From Octopus sinensis (taxonomy: Eukaryota), in assembly GCF_006345805.1 (NCBI RefSeq), contig NC_043017.1, positions 33,356,001 through 33,420,000 on the forward strand: DNA of 64,000 nt, in the 5' to 3' direction. The notes under the pieces were generated by a model. It saw only the letters and a list, made by a program, of their open reading frames with translations, was not told the origin of the DNA and did not search any database. Position 1 is the first letter of the stretch, and every line of letters begins with the position of its first letter. Both the position numbers and the translations under genes were made by a program. This document shows, piece after piece, positions 27,541-39,981 of the stretch.

Positions 27541-27853
27541 ATCACCGTGATCACCTTGACCGACCAGGTTATCAGATGTTGCCAAACATCGCTGGTCACA
27601 ATGCGCTTCGCATTGTTTTAGTCTTCAAATGACCGCCACTCCGCTGGCTAAGTGAGCAGGCCAACAGAAGAAAGAGTGAGAGAAAGTTGCGGCGAAAGAG
27701 TACAGCAGGGATCGCCACGCCCCCTGTCGGAGCATCGTGGAGCTTTAGGTGTTTTCGCTCAATAAACACTCACAACGCCCAGTCTGGAAATCGAAACTGC
27801 GATCCTACAACCGCGAATCCGCTGCCCTAACCACTGGGCCATTGCGCCTCCAC
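27541..27853 (-). mobile_element. SINE family C with an alternative 3' tail (C2)
   Basis: Same tRNA head and body, different tail; TSD TCATATACGCAT. Confidence 0.85.
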
Positions 27854-28075
27854 TCATATACGCATATATGTCTGTGTAAACAATGTGCTCGAAGACAGAA
27901 AATATAGGTAATGGGTGTATATGCATATCTCAAGCGTTTTTCAAATCACATGTGCAACATCCATCATTGTTCTCGATTGAAGTCGACATACTTTCTGTTC
28001 ATCAGTAAATTATGGCAAATCTCGTAAGAAGACAGACTGTGGGATCTTATAGAGTTTATTCGTATTACACGGAAA

Positions 28076-28490
28076 GGATCTTTTCGGTATGAACGGCAGT
28101 TTTTTCTAGCGGTGTCATATGAAATTGTCACCCATAATTATGATCCTAGTATCGATCTATTGCATTTCAATCTGTTTTAGGGTTAGGGTTAGGGGTGGGG
28201 GAAGGGTATCTTTTTTTCTTCACAAATGTAAATAAACCCAATCTGTTTCTTAAGCGAGGGACATATTCATACGGCACAGAATGATTTTACCTCAATGGAC
28301 GTCATTGATTGGTTGAAATTGCAGAAATTGAAGAAAAAAAACAACAAATATCTTACAAACTATAGAATTTTCTCAATAAAGCCAAGAGAAAAAGATGTTT
28401 TATAAACCCATTCTACCAGCATACGAAGTTTAAAATGTTTTAGTTACCTAGAAATTATGTTAAAAACCGCCGTTCAAACCGAAAAGATCC
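28076..28490 (+). mobile_element. MITE with ~29-bp TIRs (GGATCTTTTCGGTTTGAACGGCAGTTTTT), Merlin-like, internal TTAGGG repeats
   Basis: TIRs at both ends; exact 8-bp TSD CACGGAAA (28068-28075 and 28491-28498). Confidence 0.88.
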
Positions 28491-28882
28491 CACGGAAATA
28501 ACAATATGTTAGAAGTGAATACGTCGACGAAGATATGATATTAAAGACTTCATTGAGGCAACGGAAATGTAGTTATTTTGAGCGTTTCACCGGATAGTCT
28601 TTGCGGCTAAATGTAACCTTGTAACCATTCAAGGAACTAAGGGTAAGATTCCAAGTATTCGAAGAGTAATATTAAATCCCGAATATAATTCAAATTGCTG
28701 GTTAGTAACTTTTAAAACGATTTCATTCTACAACGATTTTTAAACTTTAGAATATAAATAACATTTAGAAATCGACTGGAAACGGATTCCTAGAAGTAAT
28801 TTATTCAACGAAACATCTCTTTAGAGCCAAAATAGTTCTACAGAATTCGGGTATATTTATGTAACAGTTGTATGTAATTTGT

Positions 28883-29267
28883 GTGGAGGCGCAATGGCCA
28901 AGTGGTTAGGGCAGAAGACTCGCGGTCATAGGATCGCGGTTTCGATTCCCAGACCGGGCGTTGTGAGTGTTTAATGAGCGAAAACACCTAAAGCTCCACG
29001 AGGCTCCGGCAGGGGATGCTGGTGATCCCTGCTGTACTCTTTCACCACAACCTTCTCTCACTCTTACTTCCTGTTTCTGTTGTACCTGTATTTCAAGGGG
29101 CTGGCCTTGTCACTCTCTGTGTCACGCTGAATATCCCCGAGAACTACGTTAAGGGTACACGTGTCTGTGGAGTGCTCAGCCACTCACACGTTAATTCCAC
29201 GAACAGGCTGTTCCGTTGATTCGGATCAACCGGAACCCTCATCGTCGTAACCGACGGAGTGCTTCCA
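28883..29267 (+). mobile_element. SINE family C
   Basis: Near-identical to 11670-12054; TSD TATGTAATT(T/G)GT. Confidence 0.88.
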
Positions 29268-29406
29268 TATGTAATTGGTAAGTCTGAATAAGGCTTCGTA
29301 TGACAGTTGGAGTTGTATTAAAATGAATTAACAGAAAAATGACTTTATAATTTACAGAGTGGTCCTAAAGTCTTGTCAACCCCTACCGAAAAGTAATACG
29401 ATCAAC

Positions 29407-29672
29407 GGCTCTTTTCCTTTTGAACGGCAGTTTTCAACACAATTTCTAGTTAACTAAACACTTTTAAACTTCGTATACTGGTAGAATGTGTCAAAATAAA
29501 ACATTTTTTTCTCTTGGCTTTCTTGAGAAATTTGTAATTTGTAAGTTTAACGTAGTTTAATTTTTCGAATTTTAACCAATCCTATGCCCTCTATTGAGCT
29601 AAAATCATTTGCTGCGTCTAAAACTTGAGACAACATCCTGTCACTAACCCTAACCTTAACCCTCACCCTAAA
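29407..29672 (-). mobile_element. Diverged partial copy of the MITE family
   Basis: One degenerate TIR, the shared subterminal sequence and CTAACCCTAACC repeats. Confidence 0.65.
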
Positions 29673-30214
29673 TTTTAGCCTTTTGGGGTTTTTTCTTAAT
29701 TGTTAAATTAATTTAATTGTTACGCGTGTGTCTAAAATTATTCGTTTTGTTTTTGTTTTGAGCTTTTGCTTTCGTTTTAGCCTTTCGTTTTGTTTTTTTC
29801 TTAATTGTTATCCTTAAACAACAGAGGAACAATATAATAATATCAAACACATGTGCTGGTTTTAGTATATTCACTTTCATTGAGACTGACACTGTCACAC
29901 GCCGAGAAGGTCTGTATGAACAGCATCATTTTCGTGGCACAAAATGATGCGGAGCCATGTCCTGTGTGATATTTTACGAAGCTGTGCTTTAATGATTTCT
30001 GCATAGGTTGCCGAAACAGCGTCCTTCAAGTGGTGGATATTCTGTTATCGATCTTGTGAAAGTCGCTCCTTGATAATAGAAAACGAAAACGCTATTTACG
30101 GGTGGCAATAATACTTCCGGACAACCTGCATATAGATCTTGTAAAGCTTGAAGTATCAGTTGTTTTTGTGTCAAAGGAAGTGATGATACAGGACTCGCGC
30201 GTGTGTATGAACTC

Positions 30215-30790
30215 TATTCTTTTCTGCTCTAGGCCCAAGGCTTGACATCTTTGGGGAGGGGGCTAGTCGATTAGATCGATCCCAGTACGCAACTGATACT
30301 CAATTTATCGACCCCGAAAGGATGAAAAGCAAAGTCGACCTCGCTGGAATTTGAACTCAGAACATAAAGACAGATGAAATACCTATTTCTTTACTACCCA
30401 CAAGGTGCTAAAAACAGAGAGGACAAACAAGAACGGACAAACGGGTTAAGTCTATTACATCGACCCCAGTGCGTAACTGGTATTTATTTTATCGACCCCG
30501 AAAGGATGAAAGGCAAAGTCGACCTCGCTGGAATTTTAACTCAGAAAGTAAAGACAGACGAAATACCTATTTCTTTACTACCCACAAGGTGCTAAACACA
30601 GAGAGAACAAACAAGGACAGATAAACGGATTAAGTCAATTATATCGACCCAGTGCGTAACTGGTACTTATTTAATCGACCCCGAAAGGATGAAAGGCAAA
30701 GTCGATCTAGGCGGAATTTGAACTCAGAACGTAAAGGCAGACGAAATACTGCCAAGCATTTCGCCCGGCGTGCTAACGTCTCTAACAGCT
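30215..30790 (-). mobile_element. SINE family B multimer
   Basis: Three head-to-tail bodies, one with a second tail type. Confidence 0.85.
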
Positions 30791-31159
30791 CGAACTCAAG
30801 CGCTCAATGCTAAAATGTGACAGAAGTAGTCTAAAAATGGAAACGGAATTCGTGTTTTACAGATGACTCGAATTTATAACAAGTTCAATGAAAATGGAAT
30901 TAGATTCATCAGGGGTCGGGGATCCTTTTTAACCAATTACCCCAAAATATATTTATTTACGTTGATATTTAAAGGAAGTAAATCATGGATTCTTTGAATT
31001 CAAAAGGTTTGTTGACTCTATTTATATGGAGAATACAATTATAGATATAAAAAGTATAAAACAAATGCGACGAAATAAATTAATATCGTTGTATTTAGGA
31101 ATGGTCATTTTGCCAGTTTAGCCAATAATTAATATCCTTATTATGAAACAAAAGGATTT

Positions 31160-31565
31160 GGAACTTTTCGGTTTGAACGGTAGATTTTAACATAATTTCT
31201 AGGTAACTAAAAGAATTTAAACTTCGTATACTGGTAGAATACGTTTATAAAACATCTTTTTCTCTTGGCTTTATTGAGAAAATTCTATAGTGTGTAAGAT
31301 ATTTGTTTTTTTTCTTCAATTTCTGCAATTTCAACCAATCACTTACGTCTATTGGGGTAAAAATAATTCTGTGCCGTATGAATATGTCCCTCGCTTAAGA
31401 AACAGATTGGGTTTATTTATATTTGTGAAGAAAAAAGGTACCCTTCTCCCACCCTTAACCTTAAAAGAGATTGAGATGCAATAGATCGATTCTAGGGTCA
31501 TAATTATGGGTGGCAATTTCATATGACACCGCCAGAAAAAACTGCCGTTCAAACGGAAAAGATCC
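31160..31565 (-). mobile_element. Same MITE family
   Basis: TIRs; exact 8-bp TSD AAGGATTT. Confidence 0.88.
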
Positions 31566-32153
31566 AAGGATTTTTGTTGGAAATTTTTCGGTTCAGGCTT
31601 TAGAGAAATTATATCGTTTCATTTTTGTTTAATCTCTCTTCCATACATAAATTCGTTCACTCATAACTACACATTGACTTCGAGTTAACTTTTTTTATTA
31701 TTAATCTTTGTACGTCTTCATGGTGATACTACGGTTCCAGAACGCTTTTAAAAAGCTTTCATCTACGTTACTGTACGGTTAGAATATATCTTGATGTCAG
31801 AACAATTTGGATACTGTCTTCGGGATCCAATCGATTACTCTGCTTTCTTAGAGTGGAAAATCCTTGTTTGCAAAATGTAGGTTGTTGCAAAAGGCTGCAG
31901 CTCTTTAACTGTCACTGATTGCTAGAACAAAATTTCTATCATAACCAGGAACACGTTTTTAATTAATTTTATTTATGTGTAATGAATCCTCATTTCGTCT
32001 CCAAGAATTTCATTTTTACCCCACTTGCGATAATTTACCCCAGTTTGTCGAGCCCTGATCTACATGTCTCAGCATATATATTTTTGTATCCTTGTACCTT
32101 GACAAATTCATTTTTCATGTCTATAATTTGTATTGTTAAACTAGTGACATTTT

Positions 32154-32578
32154 GGTTCTTTTCGGTTTGAACGGCAGTTTTTAACATAATCTCTGGGTAA
32201 CTAAAAAATTTTAAACTTCGTATACTGGTAGAATGTGTTTATAAAACATCTTTTTCTCTTGGCTTTATTGAAAATATTTTATAGTTTGTAAGATATTTGT
32301 TGATTTTTTCCTGCAATTTCAACCAATCAATGACGTCTATTGAGTTAAAAAGCATTCTGTGCCGTATGAATATGTCCCTAGTTTAAGAAACAGATTGGGT
32401 TTATTTACATTTGTGAAGAAAAAAAGATACCCTTCCCCCACTCCTAACTCTAAGCCTAACCCTAACCCTAGCCCTAAAAGAGATTGAAATGCAATGGATC
32501 GATTCTAGGATCATAATTATGGGTGACAATTTCATATGACACCGCCAGAAAAAACTGCCGTTCAAACCGAAAAGATCC
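32154..32578 (-). mobile_element. Same MITE family
   Basis: TIRs; TSD GACATTTT/GACATTTC; internal CCCTAA repeats. Confidence 0.87.
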
Positions 32579-33134
32579 GACATTTCTCGTCTTTTGGAAC
32601 ATCTCGTCTGATTTATTGTCGATCGAATTCAAGCCGTCTGTTTTTGTATCCAGAATTGACAAACCATATATCCATTGCCTTGGCATAGCTTCTTTTGTAA
32701 TTTCTCTTGCATTATCGAATATAAGTTCGATTCCCCATCCATCGTATTAGAAAGATGGGACAGAGATTTATGAGACTGCGTGAATCTGAATATTACTGTA
32801 TATTTTAGACTTGTAGTAATTTTGCGCTGAGTGTGGGTATGTAGAGAAGTTGACAGTAGGCGTTAATCCTGTGATGGGCGTCAATCCATATTACACACAA
32901 AACAATACTGTTTCAGATTTGTCAGCGATTTTAAATAATATATTCCAATCGTACAGTAACATAGATGAAAGCTTTGTAAAACCTTTCTCTAGCCGTAGTA
33001 TCGCTATGAAGATGTACAAGGGTTAATAAAAAAAAAGGCAAATGTTGACTCGAAGACAATGTGTAGACTAAATTATGTGTGAACGAAATTATGTACACAA
33101 GTGGGATTAAATATGAATTAATATTCTTTTCTAC

Positions 33135-33737
33135 TGTAGGCATAAGGCCCGACATTTTGAGGGAGGGGGCAGTCGATTAGATCTACCCCAGTACGCAGCT
33201 AGAATTTAATTTATCGACCCCGAAGGGATGAAAGGCAAAGTTGACCTCGGCGGAGTTTGAACTCAGAACGTAAGACAGACGAAATACTGCTAAGCATTTC
33301 GCCCGGTGTGCTAACGTTTCTTATTTCTTTATTGCCCTCAAGGGGATGAACATAGAGGGGACAAACAAGGACAGACAAAGGGATTAAGTCGATTACATCG
33401 ACCACGGTACGTAATTGGTACTTAATTTATCGACCCCGAAAGGATGAAAGGCAAAATCGACCTCGGCGGAATTTGACCTCAGAACGTAAATACAGACGAA
33501 ATACTTATTTCTTTACTACCCACAAGGGGCTAAACACAGAGAGGACAAACAAGGACAGACAGACGGATTGAGTCGATTATATCAACCCCAGTGCGTAACT
33601 GGTACTTATTTAATCGAGCCCGAAATGATGAAAGGCAAAGTCGACCTCGGCGGAATTTGAATTCAGAAGTAACGGCAGACGAAATACGGCTACGCCTTTC
33701 GCCCGACGTGCTAACGATTTTGCCAGCTCGCCGCCGT
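33135..33737 (-). mobile_element. SINE family B multimer
   Basis: Three head-to-tail units. Confidence 0.85.
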
Positions 33738-34256
33738 CAAATATAAATTAATATTAACTATAAAATAATTGTTGCTATTCAATGTAGTTCGTTGAAATCA
33801 TATATGCATACATACATTCGCACACACATATACATGCATATGAAGTACATATATAAAATTATCTACACATTCTTGGTCTCCTACAGTATGTACACCCAGG
33901 AGGATTTAGTCTAGACAATAAATGTAAATTTTCACGCATGATTGCCAGTCGACATGCTACTTGAAACGCCTTAATACTTTGCAACTCACCACATAATGTC
34001 TAATACTATATGTCCACGCTGTCTCATCGTGGCGGATAGGCTGTGCGTCAAAGTATCAATGTGTTCATCGCCTATTGTGGCCTCATATCCATAAATAAAT
34101 AACGAATAAATTTGATATTAATTAGATTTTTAGATAAAATGCATACAAAACGCAGTGCTGATATAAGTAAACATTAAGGAAATGTACACACACACACACA
34201 TGTATATATGTATATAGATATAGGTGAATATATGTGTGCATGTATACACTAGCCTA

Positions 34257-34398
34257 GCTAGAGGGTAGTAGGGGCGGTCCTCCCCGGGCAGCACTTTTAA
34301 AGTGGCACCATTTTTGGGTCTGCTGTAGGCAATATGTGTTTTTGTGGGGCCTGGGAGCGGCAAACGGAAGGGCCGCCCCTACGACACGCATGCTAGCT
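34257..34398. mobile_element. Small GC-rich MITE-like element
   Basis: Degenerate inverted ends TAGCTAG..GTAGGGGCGGTCC / GGGCCGCCCCTACG..CTAGCTA; no clear TSD. Confidence 0.4.
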
Positions 34399-34548
34399 AC
34401 GCTTGTGCATGTATATGTATGTGTGTGTATTATTTTACCAGTGCAGTAACCAGTAACCACAAAAGGTGAGGATTAGAGAGAAAAACTATATCTTTCTACA
34501 CCTGTACTCAAAAGTAGTATCTCGAAACTTCATTTTTCTGTGTTCAAC

Positions 34549-34948
34549 GGATCTTTTCGGTTTCAACGGCAGTTTTTTTCTAGCGGTGTTATATGAAATT
34601 GTCACCCATAATTATGACCCTAGTATCGATCTATTGCATTTCAATCTGTTTTAGGGTTAGGGGTGGGGGAAGCGTATCTTTTTTCTTTACAAAAGTAAAT
34701 AAACCCAATCTGTTTTTTAAACGGGGGACATATTCATACGGCACAGAATGATTTTTACCTCAATGGACGTCAGTGATTGGTTGAAATTGCAGAAACTGAA
34801 GAAAAAATATCTTAGAAACTATAGAATTTTCTCAATAAAGCCAAGAGAAAAAGATGTCTTACAAATACATTCTACCAGTATACGAAGTTTAAAATTTTTA
34901 GTTACCTAGAAATTATGTTAAAAACTGTCGTTCAAACCGAAAAGATCC
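34549..34948 (+). mobile_element. Same MITE family
   Basis: TIRs; 9-bp TSD GTGTTCAAC/GTGTGCAAC (1 mismatch). Confidence 0.86.
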
Positions 34949-35504
34949 GTGTGCAACAATACTTAGTTTGTTTTGTTTTTTTTGGCTTTTGAGGACGTTT
35001 CTTCATTTAATCAAGAATGGGACTTGAAATCAAAAGTAAATCTCCTATTGTAGCCCTGGGGTTATGATTGGCTAATGTAACTGATTCAAAGAAGCAGACA
35101 CTACATTGCATGGCAGTTTGACAGCTCAGAAATAGTAGTTAAAATATCCTACAAAGAAAATACATTTAACTTTGTATCATTCAAGATGATAGTGAATTTG
35201 ACAAATGGAACTAAAAAAAAAAATCTTCGTAAAAAAATTCTGAGCATAATGGAAACCAGCGTAAAAGCTGAACTTTCGCTTCTTGGATACGAATTCAATG
35301 AGAATCTCTTACACATATTTCAGAGCTGCATTTGTTTAGCAATTGACTTGATCATTGACAAAACTCAGATATTCCCTTTGTTTATTTCTGAACAACACAA
35401 TGTATTACATCGTATCTTCTTTTCCCTTCTACTTTTTCTTTGGTCGTCTCTTTTCTTATTGATGATCATTAACTAGGCCACATTAACATATATTCCTTTG
35501 AATA

Positions 35505-35727
35505 AAGGCGGCGAGCTCGCAGAAACGTTAGCGCGCCGGGCGAAATGCATAGCCGTATTTCGTCTGCCGTTACGTTGTGAGTTCAAATTCCGCCGAGGTC
35601 GACTTTGCCTTTTATCCTTTCGGGGTCGATAAATAAAGCACCAGTTTCGCACTGGGGTCGATGTAATCGACTTCATCCCTTTGTTTGTCCCCTCTATGTT
35701 TAGCTCCTTGTGGGCAGTAAAGAAATA
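35505..35727 (+). mobile_element. SINE family B
   Basis: Full head GGCGGCGAGCTCGCAG and tail. Confidence 0.85.
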
Positions 35728-36620
35728 TATATTCCTCTGAATTACTTAGTTTTGTTCTTTTAGCCTTTGTAGATGTCTGGACTTGTGGGTCTACTACACT
35801 CTTGCAGTTTAAACTTTTGACATAGCAACTTTTAGTCAATTCTTCGTTTCTTTCTATCTGTATTTTCTATTTTCATATCAACATTAATCTCTTTTTCAAT
35901 AAAAAAAAATACTTAATACTGTTTTTCCCTGCGGGCCTGGTTTTGAATGTTTGGACACGTAATTCGTGATGTAAATATAATTGTCTCAAATATCTGTTTG
36001 CAGCAGTTGTCTATTAAAATTAGATTCTTGCTAAGTTCATGTAATTAACCTATATAAACAAAATAAAAACGATTATCTTGCTAAACTCCAGCCCACCAAA
36101 AGATAATAAGAAAAAAATGCCATGCATGCATATACAAGTCTGTATGAGAGCGTGTATACATGTGTTTGTACAAACTTACATTTGCATACACACACATATA
36201 TTTGTGCATACGATACAGGCATATATTGTGTAACTATATATGAGTGAAATTAAGACAGAAGGAACATATGTTCTAATTAATATGGTGATTTAGTTTACTC
36301 CATTTTGTACAAACGGTTGAAACTCATTTCATACACTACGTAAATGCATATACTCCCTACGTCTGTAGAACATTTTTATGGACACGCGTTCGTGCGCGCG
36401 CCCACACAAGTACGCACGATGCGAGTTGTTTCGCCTGTCTTTGATTTACAGGTGTTTTAACACCTGGTGCTTTGAGCGGGGTCATCCACACCTGACTACA
36501 CCGCAGCCTACAGGCTAACAAACAGGGCTTCTTCCTTAAGTATGCGTAGTCAATAATGTTTACAACACTAGCGCTGCTTCTAATTCATAACTATATATAT
36601 ATATAACTTATAAATAAGGG

Positions 36621-36728
36621 CAAGAGAAAAAGATGTTTTATAAACACATTCTACCAGTATACGAAGTTTAAAATGTTTTAGTTACCTAGAAATAATGTTA
36701 AAAACTGCCGTCCAAACCGAAAAGATCC
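36621..36728 (+). mobile_element. Right-end fragment of the MITE family
   Basis: Matches 28383-28490 including the TIR. Confidence 0.8.
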
Positions 36729-37046
36729 CTATTCTGTTCTCACCAGTCTTACCACTGTCGACCACCTTTTGATAAACACACTAGAGGGCAGCACCTCCCT
36801 CTCTACCCTCACCTTCTTCAAATGATATCTAAAGAAATTGATGAGAGCTTGATCAGAATGGAAGCTGCCTGTCTTCAAACCTTTCAGACGGGTCCACCAT
36901 ATAACCTCTTCCGTTAAAGCTACTAAGCAAAGAAAGATCGTCCTTCCTTCTCTGGTAAAGGAAGGTGGGGTGTCGATCTTCACTATACACTCGGCAGACA
37001 GCTGAATTCGTCTTACACGCGACAACAGGTGTTCCACACAATCTCA
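36729..37046 (-). mobile_element. Fragment of a more diverged Tx1 ORF2 C-terminus
   Basis: EHLLSRVRRIQLSAECIVKIDTPPSFTREGR...WWTRLKGL aligns with EQLLSRVGRVGLSAESIVNIVTPPSFKREGR...WWTRLKGL. The 3' UTR is missing and the fragment abuts a MITE end. Confidence 0.78.
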
Positions 37047-37300
37047 CAATTCTCTAATACACGGACACTGAATTATTGCATGTAGGATGGTTTCGTCTTC
37101 CTATAAGCATACACCATAATTGTTCATTTAAAAACTCTTTCTGAAAAAAAAATACTAACATGTAGTTCCACAAACAAGCTACTAATAACCGATACGATTT
37201 TATAAATTTGACTGCAAAAAGTGAAATTGTAAACTTCACAACACCAAACCTTACTCTGGACATACAAGTACGAGGGTTGTATAACATATTCCTGATAAAT

Positions 37301-37682
37301 GGATGGAAGCACTCCGTCGGTTACGACGACGAGGGTTCCGGTTGATCCAATCAACGGAACAGCCTGCTCGTGAACTTAACGTGTAAGTGGCTGAGCACTC
37401 CACAGACACGTGTACCCTTAACGTAGTTCTCGGGGATATTCAGCGTGACACAGAGAGTGACAAGACCGGCCCCTTTGAAATACAGGTACGACAGAAACAG
37501 GAAGTAAGAGTGAGAGAAAGTTGTGGTGAAAGAGTACAGCAGGGATCACCACCATCCCCTGCCGGAGTCTCGTGGAGCTTTAGGTGTTTTCGCTCAATAA
37601 ACACTCACAACGCCCGGTCTGGGAATCGAAACCGCGATCCTATGACCGCGAGTCCGCTGCCCTAACCACTGGGCACCTCCAC
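37301..37682 (-). mobile_element. SINE family C
   Basis: Reverse copy; 12-bp TSD TTCCTGATAAAT (37289-37300 and 37683-37694). Confidence 0.88.
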
Positions 37683-37899
37683 TTCCTGATAAATACCAGC
37701 GCTCATACAAAGAACACAAGACTACGAACATTTCACTCCTGGATAATTTCAATCTATTTTCAAACGTAAAGTAGAGACAAAACAGACACAGAAACTAAAG
37801 ACAATATAAGTAAACGACAGCGCAATACTGTAATTTAGAGTCTATATTATTGAAGCAGTACCCAGCGATCAGCGGGCGCACACGTGTCTATAATATGTG

Positions 37900-38142
37900 T
37901 ACGTGTATGAATATATATACACACACATACATGCATATGTATATATATATGTGTATACATATAGGTATGTATTCATATATATATACATATATATATATAT
38001 ATAAGTATATATTCATATACGTATACACACACACGCATATATATATATATACATATATATATATATTTGTGTGTATACGTATATGAATATGTATTTATAC
38101 ACACACATATATGCGAGTGTGTGTACGTATATATGTATATAT

Positions 38143-38193
<51 letters not shown>

Positions 38194-38322
38194 CTATATA
38201 TATATATATATATGTAGATATATATATATATAAATATACACGTATACGTGTGTATATACATATATATATATTATATGTACATGCATATATATACATATAT
38301 AAGTATATATTCATATATGTAT

Positions 38323-38354
<32 letters not shown>

Positions 38355-38427
38355 TTGTGTCTATACGTATGTGTTTATATATATTTATATACACACATTA
38401 ATGTGTGTGGATGTATATACCCGTGAG

Positions 38428-38487
<60 letters not shown>

Positions 38488-38490
38488 ACG
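37900..38490. repeat. Compound (TA)/(CA)/(TG) microsatellite
   Basis: Read directly; source of the spurious YI/CV-rich ORFs. Confidence 0.9.
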
Positions 38491-39379
38491 AGGACAATGT
38501 TAAGTAAAGCAAAGTTTCAATAGATTAAGAAATGTTAAATTTCCTTGTAAATGTCTTCTTTTATGAAAATAAAAGTAAGAAAAATGAAACAAATCATTTC
38601 TGGACTGGATAATTTAAATCTATTTTGAAATGTTAAATAAATGGATAGTTTGGAAATCGCTTATTCAATCAACAATTATTTTACTGAGTTAATTTTCTTC
38701 TTCACAAACACAAGATAGGATATAATAAAATGAAAAAAAAACCAAATGAAAGAAATACAAATACATTTACCATTAAGCAATATATCGTTGATTGATAAGA
38801 TTTGCTGGCGAGTTTATAATGTACAAATCAGACCACTGAACTAATGAAATTGTGAACCAGAATCTATAAACCGTCAACGTCCAATCAACAATAGGTTCTT
38901 TTTACTTCACTGATATATCACAGATGTGGGTTGTTTTGGTCATTTCTCTCTGACTTTTTGTTTCTTTGGTATTTTTTCGATTTTTTTTTTGTGTGAAATA
39001 AACTACTTTTTTATGAAAAGTTGTTGGGTTGTTACCGTATATCTTGTACTTGTTTCAGTGACTGAACTGCGGCCATGCTAAGGCACAGCTTTGTAAGGGT
39101 TTAATCCAACAGACCGTCCCCAGTATTTATTCTGTCGGACTCTATTGCTGAACTGCTAGCTTTAAACTAGTCAATAAGATAATCAATAAACACAATGCCT
39201 TTTGCATTCCCAAAAACTAAGACCATCATCTTCTTTGCAGATGAAAAGACCATGGCTTTCTTTGGAGCAGACGAGGTGGGGTGTTTCCATTTCTTGTTGG
39301 TTCGTTTATCTATGGGTCAAACCCAACACATCCTAGGCTCAGAAACGTTGAAGTAAACCAGCTGAATTTACCTCAAACA

Positions 39380-39981
39380 CTGTCACATTTTTTCCGTGAT
39401 GTGATTAGCTTGGTGCGTTTTTGATCGAGTGTCAGAAGATGTGGCACCTACCAAGAAGGAACATTCGTCGTGTCAAGTACAATGTGCAGAATATTCACAA
39501 AATCTCGAACGGGTTAAGCTATTTGACTTATGGCTATTTGATTTATAGTCAAATTGCCTTTCATCCTTCATCATGTGCTCAGCACAGTGTTTTCCTTGAC
39601 AGTGGCAGTGGTAGAACTCCACACCTTGGGTCATCTTCGAGACTCTCTCTTCCTCCCCTAAATCCAGCGGTCCACTTTGCATTGTTGATAAAACTGGTGC
39701 GTCATACCGTAATGTAGCAACCATGTCAGCATGAATGTCGTTAGGGGCTAAACCCTTTCTCTGCAGGGACTTGATAACACTACATGCTAAATTTTGTTTG
39801 CTTTGAAGAAAGATCACTAGTAGTTACTTTTGAAGTCTTCTTTGAGCGGTTAGATGTCGATTTACCCAGAAAGAAAACAGTCCAGTTATTAATAAGGAGA
39901 GCTGAAATTAATTCATGGAAGATTTCACAGCTCAAGCATGAGGCCTTCATAGTCATCCGGTGAACTTTTCATCCAACCTCG
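39380..39981 (-). mobile_element. Mariner/Tc1 transposon 5' remnant
   Basis: TA|CGAGGTTGGATGAAAAGTTC TIR-like end at 39981. ORF 39473-39817 (VIKSLQRKGLAPNDIHADMVATLRYDAPVLSTMQ) resembles the mariner N-terminal HTH. Confidence 0.78.

Noticed and set aside
28177-28206. True telomere or chromosome-fusion scar
   Set aside because: Only 2-4 TTAGGG units, internal to a MITE with TIRs and TSDs.
30215-33737. CRISPR-like or satellite-like regular repeats
   Set aside because: These are SINE multimers without unique spacers; the context is eukaryotic and has no cas genes.
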